A DNA stretch of 64,000 bases from a virus (lineage: Duplodnaviria; Caudoviricetes). The stretch spans positions 32,001 to 96,000 of the IMG/VR virus record IMGVR_UViG_3300033069_000781, one strand, 5' to 3'. Shown here piece after piece: positions 29,955-38,437 of the stretch (position 1 is the stretch's first letter; every line of letters begins with the position of its first letter). The notes below the pieces were generated by a model. It worked only from the letters and a program-made list of their open reading frames with translations, ran no database searches and was not told the DNA's origin. The position numbers and the translations under genes were made by a program.

Positions 29955-30550
29955 TGAGTCAATCTAAGATCTGGTTCTCATCAGATTTCCACTTTAATCA
30001 TTCCAACATAATTAAGCACTCTAATAGACCCTTCTCTACTAAGGAGGAGATGGACGATGCTATTATTCATAACATAAATAGCAAAGTACACAAGGATCAT
30101 ACTCTATACTTTCTAGGAGATTTTGCTTGGGTGCGAAATTCATCAGATAACAATATAGAGAGGACTTCTAAGTATCGTAATAGGATTAAGTGTCAGAACT
30201 TCATCTGGACCCAGGGTAATCATGATCCTGACTGGATACCTTGCCAATTAGGTATACGGTTTAATAGAGATATCTTCGAGTTAAAGATATCTAAACAGGA
30301 AATGTATGTTCTATCACACTATCCTATACATCAATGGCACCGTAAACGATACGGTATGATACACCTACATGGTCACTCCCACGGTAAGAGCTTTGGGTAT
30401 GATCCCTGGGCTCTCGATGTCGGGGTCGATACAAATAACTTCCAACCCTATAACCTAGATGATGTAAGAGATATAATGAATGCAAGACGACTATTAAGAG
30501 CCAATGAGATAATCGCTAATGACGACCCTGATGACCCCTCAGAACATTAA
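29954..30550 (+). CDS. calcineurin-like metallophosphoesterase
   Basis: SDFHFNH, LGDF, GNHD, SHYP, LHGHSH, DVGVD. Confidence 0.93.
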   Translation: MSQSKIWFSSDFHFNHSNIIKHSNRPFSTKEEMDDAIIHNINSKVHKDHTLYFLGDFAWVRNSSDNNIERTSKYRNRIKCQNFIWTQGNHDPDWIPCQLGIRFNRDIFELKISKQEMYVLSHYPIHQWHRKRYGMIHLHGHSHGKSFGYDPWALDVGVDTNNFQPYNLDDVRDIMNARRLLRANEIIANDDPDDPSEH

Positions 30551-31865
30551 TATTGAACAAGACTTAACAATAAGCTATACAGAAGAGGAACTACTAGATC
30601 TAGATGTCCCATTACAATTCAATATTGATGAGTCCAGTAATAGTACCGATCTCTCTGAATTACTAGTTCCAATTGATATTGATGCCCGTAGTTCCATAAT
30701 TGAGACTAGATTATATCAACAAAGAGTAATTGAGAATACTATGAAGGCTATTAAGGAGGGGCATAAGTCCATCCTTATTACTCTACCTACGGGAGCCGGT
30801 AAGTCTATCATAGGCCACTTATTGGCTAAGAGATTAATTGAGGAATATAACTACTCAGTGGGATGGACCTGCATGCGTAGGATCTTGCTCAAGCAGGCTG
30901 AGCTAGAAAATAGGGCTAAGTTTAATGTGCCTATTACTTACTTCTCTACCTTTACCCACCATCTCCCCAAGATCGATGTTGTCATAGAGGATGAGGCACA
31001 GCACTCCGCTTCTAATACCTCTACATCAATTAATTCCCAGATAGGTCCTAAGGTCCATATCGCTATGACAGCGACCCCTTACAGGACCGATCATATGAAG
31101 CTCTGCTTCAGTAAGGTCATTATTGATGCGGGGCTGCGTCAATTAGTAGATGAGGGCTGGTTATCCCCCTATCACCTCTACATAACCAATATGGATTGGT
31201 CACCTAAAACGGTAGCCTCTATATATCTTCAGGATCCCAATAGATGGGGTAAGTCTATCGCTTTCTTCCAGACCAGAGCCCAATGCTATGAATTTATGTC
31301 AATATTGGATGCGGCAGGTCACGCCTCCGATGTAGTCATAGGGGGATCTGTAAAGAAGCAAGAAGAGAAGATAGCTAGGTTCCGGAGAGGTGAAGTTAAT
31401 ATCCTGAGTAATGTATTCGTATTAACTGAAGGATTTGATGCTCCCGAACTTAGGACCGTATTCGTTAGGGATTCAGCTAAGGGTCCCACTACACAAATGG
31501 CTGGCAGAGCATTCAGAAAGCATGCCTCGAAGCCCTATGCCCAAATAGTTCAATCCGATAAGTCTCCCAATATCTTCTCAAATATAGTATCACCGGAACG
31601 CAAGTTCACTGTGGACGAAAAAGATCATACTAAATGGTTTGAGCGGGAAGGTCACTCTAAGCTAATGGAACTGGTGGAGAGGTCATCACTGGCCGCTCTA
31701 TCTCAGGCTCCCGAGGTCAAGATGCCACCATTCATATTGAAGAATAAGTATAAACAACTTAGACGTAGAAGGGTTGAGGAGCGCTTGCCTGAGCCCGCAA
31801 CTGAGCTACCTAGACCTAATCCTACCACTCCTACCATCCCTCCATTACCCAATGCCCAACCCTGA
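30519..31865 (+). CDS. SF2 DExH helicase (UvsW/Res-like)
   Basis: LPTGAGKS, DEAQH, MTATPYRTD, LTEGFDAP, QMAGRAFR. Confidence 0.92.
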   Translation: MTTLMTPQNINIEQDLTISYTEEELLDLDVPLQFNIDESSNSTDLSELLVPIDIDARSSIIETRLYQQRVIENTMKAIKEGHKSILITLPTGAGKSIIGHLLAKRLIEEYNYSVGWTCMRRILLKQAELENRAKFNVPITYFSTFTHHLPKIDVVIEDEAQHSASNTSTSINSQIGPKVHIAMTATPYRTDHMKLCFSKVIIDAGLRQLVDEGWLSPYHLYITNMDWSPKTVASIYLQDPNRWGKSIAFFQTRAQCYEFMSILDAAGHASDVVIGGSVKKQEEKIARFRRGEVNILSNVFVLTEGFDAPELRTVFVRDSAKGPTTQMAGRAFRKHASKPYAQIVQSDKSPNIFSNIVSPERKFTVDEKDHTKWFEREGHSKLMELVERSSLAALSQAPEVKMPPFILKNKYKQLRRRRVEERLPEPATELPRPNPTTPTIPPLPNAQP

Positions 31866-32034
31866 TATAGATATCAAACCTATAAATCAACATGCGTGGT
31901 TTAATAGGGCCTGTGCTTTAACTCGTTGGGCCCTATTAAATCCAAATACCCATTTACGTGAATTATGTAAGGAAGCAGCTAGGGTCTCGTTACACCTCTC
32001 AAATCAAGGAGCACAGAAAGCATGGCAAAGATAG
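31852..32034 (+). CDS. hypothetical protein
   Basis: Likely ATG start 31852 (MPNPDIDIK...). Confidence 0.5.
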   Translation: MPNPDIDIKPINQHAWFNRACALTRWALLNPNTHLRELCKEAARVSLHLSNQGAQKAWQR

Positions 32035-32549
32035 AAGTTACTCATCCTGATAAAACAACTATAACATTTGAGATGTGCCCATATGAAGATTCCTACCCAC
32101 CAGCTAGATCTCTTGAAGAGTTTAGGATTGGTGACGAAGTAGTAGAGTGCAACTTAGATACTAAACGTGTACACAGTACGTACTATACAATTGTCTCAGA
32201 TATCCATACTAGTAGTAATAGGTTATTCAGTAAGGGTAATAATCGTGTTTATGACTCTATTCAATACTACACTAGCGCTAAAAAGTGGTATCTAGTTTCT
32301 GACTTTGATGCTAATGGTTGTTTGAAATCTATATCGAGACCGCAGAAGCGCATACAAGATCTAGAAGTAGGTGAGTATTTTGAGTACGACGGTGAAATAC
32401 TATATCGAGTACCAGAAGGGGATGGTAAACAATTTAGAGCATTATCCATTAGCCCACGATTAATTACAATCCCATCTAACTACGACTTAGCTACTCCATT
32501 GGGTAAACTATATATCAAGAATAGTGAACAAATCGGGAGTCCTAGATAA
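32022..32549 (+). CDS. hypothetical protein
   Basis: 175 aa, AAGGAG upstream. Confidence 0.7.
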   Translation: MAKIEVTHPDKTTITFEMCPYEDSYPPARSLEEFRIGDEVVECNLDTKRVHSTYYTIVSDIHTSSNRLFSKGNNRVYDSIQYYTSAKKWYLVSDFDANGCLKSISRPQKRIQDLEVGEYFEYDGEILYRVPEGDGKQFRALSISPRLITIPSNYDLATPLGKLYIKNSEQIGSPR

Positions 32550-32591
32550 GTTCTCTATACATATATCTATAATTGCTAGTCATAGCATATC

Positions 32592-32600
32592 TGCTATAAT
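32592..32600 (+). promoter_or_regulatory. extended -10 promoter
   Basis: TGCTATAAT in a 106-bp intergenic gap before the DUF932-like gene. Confidence 0.5.
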
Positions 32601-32655
32601 TGAAATATCCTAGATATCGGTCAGGTAGACTTATATCAGTGATATTGAGAAATAT

Positions 32656-34077
32656 ATGGAAAATGAAATTAATGGCGGCTTTAACAATTCCAATGGTAAT
32701 GATATCGATAATTCAATGATCCCTGGTATGGATCAGACCGGGGATCCAGCTCTAGCTGGTGTTACGGTTACTGATAATCTACCTCCCGATAACTTTGAGC
32801 ATGAACCCATTGCTATGGAGGCTACGGGTAATGAGGGTCATGTATTCAGTGTTACCCGTGCCAATATCATCGGCTTCGGTGCTAATACCCCATCAAAGAA
32901 TATTCGTGATATGTCATGTTTAGAAAAGATCGATATCTCACGTGAGATCGTTCCTATCAAGGATCTTCGGATCAAGTACTTGGCCGATAATGTCAATCAT
33001 CTAAAGACCAATAAGGCAAAGAATGAAAAGACTAGGCTAGTTATGCCAGATGGTCGGGAACTCAGGGTCACCGATAAGTTCTTCCATTCCTTTAATAAGA
33101 CTACTAATCAGTCGAAGTCGATCTTCGATCTATTTGCCCCCGATGAGGTCTTTAAGCGCATGCAGGAGAAGGACCCCTCAATGATGGTCCGGATCACTGT
33201 CGAGAACTATAAGAAGGCTACTGAGGAGTCCGCCTTCCATGGACTAGCTCTCACAATGACCCCGCCCTCTAAGGCTGTCCTTGGGGTGGATTCAGTCCTA
33301 CAGCTTGCGGCTAAACACGGTGGTATGAACGCTACCTACAAGGATGGCACCGCATCCCTCAGCTTCAACTGCCCCTTCCAGACCAATCTGAATATTACTG
33401 GTAGCTCCGATTCCGACTTCACTACTCGGTTCAATATGCAGTTCCCTCTAGATGGGTTCGGGCTACCCGCTTCATACCTGGAACTCCTTCGTAAGGTCTG
33501 TAGTAATGGTGCTGTAGCAATGACCAAGGCGTTCCGAACCGAGTTTTCGCTAGGTAAGGGTGACTCAGACCTACTCTATGTTCTTGATAGAGCAATGAGT
33601 ACCTTCAATAATGAGGAGGGCTTCCATAGCTTTGCGGAACGTATGCGATCCGCTACTAACTCTTGGGCTTCCCTCCATAACTATGTCTCACTGAATAAGG
33701 CTATTACACGGGCCTGTCAGCTGGAGAATAAGGATATCAAGGCTCGCCGCTTGCTTATTGGTGGATTAGATAAGCTCTGCAATAATCCTCTCTATATGTA
33801 CAATATCATTGCCGGTAATGAGCCCTCAACCCGTTACTCCAAGATATTGCCTGTGGAATGTACTGTATATGACTTGATCAATTACGGTACCGAGGTCGCT
33901 ACCCACCACTTCAATACTCTCTACGCCCGTAACTCCATTAATGGCTGGTTGGGTGATCTAATCGTCTCAGAGTTCGATTTAGAGAATTCTAAGACCACTA
34001 AGCCTGACTTTACCGACTATTACTTAGATACCAGCAGAGCTCGTATCAAGGAAACTAAAGCCCAACTAGGTAACTAA
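32656..34077 (+). CDS. DUF932/DUF945-like protein
   Basis: LLRKVCSNGAV motif and TVYDLINYGTEVATH-type C-terminal helix. Confidence 0.65.
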   Translation: MENEINGGFNNSNGNDIDNSMIPGMDQTGDPALAGVTVTDNLPPDNFEHEPIAMEATGNEGHVFSVTRANIIGFGANTPSKNIRDMSCLEKIDISREIVPIKDLRIKYLADNVNHLKTNKAKNEKTRLVMPDGRELRVTDKFFHSFNKTTNQSKSIFDLFAPDEVFKRMQEKDPSMMVRITVENYKKATEESAFHGLALTMTPPSKAVLGVDSVLQLAAKHGGMNATYKDGTASLSFNCPFQTNLNITGSSDSDFTTRFNMQFPLDGFGLPASYLELLRKVCSNGAVAMTKAFRTEFSLGKGDSDLLYVLDRAMSTFNNEEGFHSFAERMRSATNSWASLHNYVSLNKAITRACQLENKDIKARRLLIGGLDKLCNNPLYMYNIIAGNEPSTRYSKILPVECTVYDLINYGTEVATHHFNTLYARNSINGWLGDLIVSEFDLENSKTTKPDFTDYYLDTSRARIKETKAQLGN

Positions 34078-34094
34078 TACGAGAAACATAAACC

Positions 34095-34132
34095 AAACGG
34101 AGACTGTATTCCCATGAATACAGTCTCCGTTT
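34095..34132. terminator. strong hairpin/terminator
   Basis: 17-bp perfect stem AAACGGAGACTGTATTC-ccat-GAATACAGTCTCCGTTT. Confidence 0.75.
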
Positions 34133-34211
34133 ATATCTATATATTTGTTAAAAGTTAATTAGCTAGATATGTTAGTTAGGTATATAAGAAAGGTTTTTAA
34201 GTCTCAGATAA

Positions 34212-34550
34212 ATGGTAAAAGGAAACGAAGTCAGAGTTGGAGTCAAAGCTACAAACACAGCACCAATACTAAATAATATAGGTATAGGTATTCGAGAAAT
34301 ACCCGACGATACCGTCACAATAACCTACGCTAAACTAATAGATCCACTTAACGGTCAAGCATTAGCAGAGGACTATAATGTCGAATTAACTTGTTTTAGA
34401 CTATGGGCCGATGTTGACTCCTGCAGATTTCCTAGGGCTAATAGTAAATTACTTCCAAGTGAAAAACTAATCATAGACGATAATTCAGAGAATATCTGGG
34501 CCATTAAAATCAAAGAGCTAATAAGACTTGGCATCAAGATGGTTAGCTAA
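34212..34550 (+). CDS. hypothetical protein
   Basis: 112-aa ORF. Confidence 0.65.
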   Translation: MVKGNEVRVGVKATNTAPILNNIGIGIREIPDDTVTITYAKLIDPLNGQALAEDYNVELTCFRLWADVDSCRFPRANSKLLPSEKLIIDDNSENIWAIKIKELIRLGIKMVS

Positions 34551-34571
34551 ACTACTTGAAAGGTAGCGAAG

Positions 34572-35066
34572 ATGACTCAAACCGAAACTCAAACACTGAC
34601 ACCTGAGCAGAGAACTCATTTACTCCAATGGGCGGAAGCCTTAGAGAGTGGTAAATATAAACAGGGCAAGAACCAGCTAATCAATAACTATATGGTCGAT
34701 GACCCCGCTGACTATACCTATTGCTGCTTAGGTGTGGCCTGCGAAATATTGCCCAAAGAGGAATTCGGAGCAGTAGTAGCCCAGGCGTTCAGGAATGCAC
34801 GAACAGAAAGCTTACCAAAGGAAGTCGATGAGTACTATGGACTGCATAGTGATTTACACTGCACTGGTAGGACAATTTCTGCATTATGTGACGATATCGA
34901 AGCTAATCATTTTTACCCCGATATATCACTAAAGGCTTATTTATCTACTTTACCCTTTAGCCGCCTCAATGATTCCAGAGGGGCCAGTTTTGCAAATATA
35001 GCGGCTCATATCCGAAGAGTTGTTAAGCGTAGTGAAGAACTAGAGAGTAGTCATAATGGAAATTGA
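34572..35066 (+). CDS. CCLGV-motif phage protein, paralog 1
   Basis: WAEALESGKYKQ...YCCLGVACE...LND...FANIA. Confidence 0.8.
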   Translation: MTQTETQTLTPEQRTHLLQWAEALESGKYKQGKNQLINNYMVDDPADYTYCCLGVACEILPKEEFGAVVAQAFRNARTESLPKEVDEYYGLHSDLHCTGRTISALCDDIEANHFYPDISLKAYLSTLPFSRLNDSRGASFANIAAHIRRVVKRSEELESSHNGN

Positions 35067-35538
35067 AAACGAAACACCCCATCAAGTCGATCCAGTTAAA
35101 TTGGATAGATTACTCATATGGGCCGATGCTTTAGATAGTGGTGCCTATAAGCAGACTACGGGCGTATTGATGGAAATAGATCCTACTGATTCACCAACCC
35201 CCACCTATTGCTGCTTAGGGGTTATGTGTGAGATATTGCCCAAGGCGGGCTGTACCAACAACGAGGTACTAGGTAGGGCACAACACAACATTAGTAGCGG
35301 ACGATCACAGCCTGATGATGATATAAATGAGTTCTTTGGATTAGGTTCAACAAATGATGAGCCTGGTTTAAGTGTCATGAGTGCAGTCCTGGATGATGCT
35401 CTAGATGATTATAAGCCATATCGATATCTAGATAGACAGCTCTTCATCTCTTTAAATGATGATTATTCCTGGGACTTCAATAGAATAGCTAACTTTATCA
35501 GAACTGTTGTTCAGAAAATCAAGGAGTATCAAAAGTAA
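35056..35538 (+). CDS. CCLGV-motif phage protein, paralog 2
   Basis: WADALDSGAYKQ...YCCLGVMCE...LND...FNRIA. Confidence 0.8.
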   Translation: MEIENETPHQVDPVKLDRLLIWADALDSGAYKQTTGVLMEIDPTDSPTPTYCCLGVMCEILPKAGCTNNEVLGRAQHNISSGRSQPDDDINEFFGLGSTNDEPGLSVMSAVLDDALDDYKPYRYLDRQLFISLNDDYSWDFNRIANFIRTVVQKIKEYQK

Positions 35539-36141
35539 ATGGCAACTTCAACTAAAACTAAAAGCAAAGTAATTGGGCCCTCAAAGGAAGTTAAGACTCT
35601 AATCGATGCGACCGAGAAGGGTCGTAGACTATTCAAACTCACTAAGGCTAGGGTTGATAATCTCCGCTACTGGGCCACCGAACTCAATAGTGGTAAGTGG
35701 GATCAGACAATTGAGGAACTAGTTAGCATCAAAGTAACAGACTATGTAACAGACAAGCTACTCCCTGCTGTAGATGTAAATGCCAAGAGTAATCAATTCT
35801 GTTGCTTAGGTGTAGCCTGTGTACTTAGGGATATTAAATGCATTAAGAATCCTAATATCAGATTCTCACTCCGAAGCAGTGTTTACGATCTAGGCGGCGG
35901 TATACATGTTACTAATGCTGTCAAATCCTTCTTTGGATTGACAGCCGCAAATGGATTTGAATATGAAGATCTTCGCGACTATTTAAAGGAAGATAACACA
36001 GCCAAGATCAAAGAGAATTCAGCTGAATTCTTGAGCAACAGCACATTTGCTCAGATGAATGATACAGGAGGCTGGACCTTTGGTGATATCGCATATTACA
36101 TCAGAGAGTTTATTCTTAAGAATTCCTATATTTCGGGCTAA
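35539..36141 (+). CDS. CCLGV-motif phage protein, paralog 3
   Basis: WATELNSGKWDQ...FCCLGVACV...MND...FGDIA. Confidence 0.8.
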   Translation: MATSTKTKSKVIGPSKEVKTLIDATEKGRRLFKLTKARVDNLRYWATELNSGKWDQTIEELVSIKVTDYVTDKLLPAVDVNAKSNQFCCLGVACVLRDIKCIKNPNIRFSLRSSVYDLGGGIHVTNAVKSFFGLTAANGFEYEDLRDYLKEDNTAKIKENSAEFLSNSTFAQMNDTGGWTFGDIAYYIREFILKNSYISG

Positions 36142-36171
36142 TTGACTTTAGTTAAATCTATACATTAACTT

Positions 36172-36747
36172 ATGTCTGAATCTATAAAAACAATATTGGC
36201 CTTAGACCTCTCACTTAGCACTGGCTGGTGTATAACAAATACTTCAGATACACCAACTTATAGAAGTGGTAAGTGGAAGCTAAGGAATACTGATCCTATT
36301 AGTCGAATAATATCACTCCAAGAAGAACTATACGAAGTACTTACATTTGATCACATAGACTTAATAGTCTTCGAGAGGGTTGACTTCTCAAAGTTCCTAC
36401 TAGCCTATGCATCCTATAATCAGCTACTAGCAATGGTTTACTTGTTCGCCGATGGTAGTAATACCCCCCTCTATGGAGTTCCAACTGGAACTCTCAAGAA
36501 GTACAGTACTGGTAATGGTGGGGCCGATAAGGAAGCAATGGTTGCTGCAGCAAACCTTATATGGCCGGATAAGAACTTTGAGGTTAAAGCAGATAACGAT
36601 GAAGTCGATGCTAGATTACTTGCCCGATTAGCCGTAGAGCACTTAACCAATCCATTACTAGCAGTAACCTTTAAAACTAATTTCGATACACGTAATCCTT
36701 TAGTAAAGGAAAAGAAACCTAAAAAGAAAAGAAATGTCAAGAAATAA
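36172..36747 (+). CDS. RuvC-like Holliday junction resolvase
   Basis: ILALDLSLSTGW, VFE, LKKYSTGNGGADKEAM, DNDEVDA. Confidence 0.85.
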   Translation: MSESIKTILALDLSLSTGWCITNTSDTPTYRSGKWKLRNTDPISRIISLQEELYEVLTFDHIDLIVFERVDFSKFLLAYASYNQLLAMVYLFADGSNTPLYGVPTGTLKKYSTGNGGADKEAMVAAANLIWPDKNFEVKADNDEVDARLLARLAVEHLTNPLLAVTFKTNFDTRNPLVKEKKPKKKRNVKK

Positions 36748-37210
36748 ATCTGTATATCTTGCTGGCCCTATAACTGGATTAACTTATAGCGAAACTATAA
36801 ATTGGAGAGAAATAGCCACAAAAGAATTTAAGCTCTGTGGGATCGATGCTTACTCTCCAATGCGTAATAAAGCCTATTTAGATAATGGAAAACCAATTGA
36901 TCCTGTACAAACAAGAGATTTATCAAAAATCTTAAGTACCAATAAAGCCATAGTGAGCCGCGACTATAATGACGTATCGAACTCTGATTGTCTATTAGTC
37001 AACCTATTAGGGGCCACTAAAGTAACAATTGGAACAGTGGCTGAAATGGCTTGGGCCCATCAATTACGTAAGCCTATAGTATGTGCAATAGAGCAAGATG
37101 GAACCAATATACATGAACACGCCTTTATACAAGAATTCATAAATTTCAGAGTCAATAATTTAGACGATGCCATAAGAACCTGCTGCCATATACTTCTCTC
37201 ATATAACTAA
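36734..37210 (+). CDS. nucleoside 2-deoxyribosyltransferase / dNMP N-glycosidase family
   Basis: VYLAGPI, YSPMR, RDYNDV..SD, GTVAEMAWA, KPIV. Confidence 0.88.
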   Translation: MSRNKSVYLAGPITGLTYSETINWREIATKEFKLCGIDAYSPMRNKAYLDNGKPIDPVQTRDLSKILSTNKAIVSRDYNDVSNSDCLLVNLLGATKVTIGTVAEMAWAHQLRKPIVCAIEQDGTNIHEHAFIQEFINFRVNNLDDAIRTCCHILLSYN

Positions 37211-37213
37211 GAA

Positions 37214-37843
37214 ATGAATACTGATAGATTAATAAACAATCACGCTCAAACTATATTCTTACTCGGTGAGATGTGTGCTGGTAAAGATTATCTGGGTAAG
37301 ATTCTATGTGAAGAACTAGGATATACCAGGATCGCATTAGCCGATGCTTTAAAGCACGAGGTGGCTGCTATACATGGTTTAACTATAGACGATATAAACC
37401 GTAATAAAGCGGTATGGAGACCGGAACTGCAGACCCACGGCGAGATGCGTAGGAAGCAGAATATTGATTACTGGGTTGATCAATTCTGGATAGCCCGAAA
37501 TCTAATCAATGGTCCTGTAGTCTGCACCGATGCCCGCTATATCAATGAGGCTACATCAGCTGTTATATGGCATGATAAGACCTGTGTAGTTCGTATATTG
37601 GTTCCTAAGGCTATTAGGCACGCTAGGGCAGTTGCGGCCTACGGAGAGGTACCAGAATCAATCTATAACCATCCCTCGGAGTATCAGCAAGTCTTATGCC
37701 CATTTAATGTAGTCCTAAATGGTACATTACCTAGAGAGCAATTACATGGAGCTTTTCTTTCTTCAATAGAAGACTGGGTATCAATGGGCAAACCTATCTT
37801 TAGGCAGGACTTAGTCCTGGAATCAATTCAACAGGATAAATAA
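37214..37843 (+). CDS. deoxynucleoside monophosphate kinase (P-loop, PMVK-like)
   Basis: GEMCAGKD, ALADALK, RPELQ..G...R, YWV, TDARYINE, HPSE. Confidence 0.82.
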   Translation: MNTDRLINNHAQTIFLLGEMCAGKDYLGKILCEELGYTRIALADALKHEVAAIHGLTIDDINRNKAVWRPELQTHGEMRRKQNIDYWVDQFWIARNLINGPVVCTDARYINEATSAVIWHDKTCVVRILVPKAIRHARAVAAYGEVPESIYNHPSEYQQVLCPFNVVLNGTLPREQLHGAFLSSIEDWVSMGKPIFRQDLVLESIQQDK

Positions 37844-38437
37844 ATGAGACTGACCGGTCCCGAAATAAAGAAACAGATTGAGTTGGGTCTTATCGATATC
37901 ACACCTTTTGATGAGTCCCAACTGGGGCCAAATAGCTATGATGTTAGATTGGCCCCAACCCTATACGAGGTTGAACAGCCCTATACAGGTAGATCTGTTA
38001 TGTCACTAGGTGGCTTTCAGATGTCTAAAACGGAGCTAGCAGCTCTAGATATAAAGCTACCTTGCTCCTATGTACATATTGAAATACCCGAAACTGGTTA
38101 TGAACTCAAACCTGGCAAATTCTACTTAGGTGTAACTAAGGAGTTCACCGCTACTAATGATTTCTTACCTATACTTGATGGTAGATCTAGTTGCGCCAGA
38201 TATGGTATGACAGTTCACCAAACTGCAGGTTTCGGTGATGTCGGTTTCGCGGGCCACTGGACCCTAGAGATAACCGTAGCTCTCCCGCTAATAATATATC
38301 CAAACATTCGGATCGCCCAAGTAAGCTTTGAGCAAGTAATGGGCACTATAAAGAATTACAAAGACAAAGGCAACTATATAAATGAATACACAGAGAACCC
38401 TAAACCCCGTATCGGAAAACCCGGTAACTTCTTCTAG
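37844..38437 (+). CDS. dcd: dCTP deaminase
   Basis: PNSYDVRL, GRSSCARYG, AGFGDVGFAGHWTLEI, RIAQV. Confidence 0.93.
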   Translation: MRLTGPEIKKQIELGLIDITPFDESQLGPNSYDVRLAPTLYEVEQPYTGRSVMSLGGFQMSKTELAALDIKLPCSYVHIEIPETGYELKPGKFYLGVTKEFTATNDFLPILDGRSSCARYGMTVHQTAGFGDVGFAGHWTLEITVALPLIIYPNIRIAQVSFEQVMGTIKNYKDKGNYINEYTENPKPRIGKPGNFF

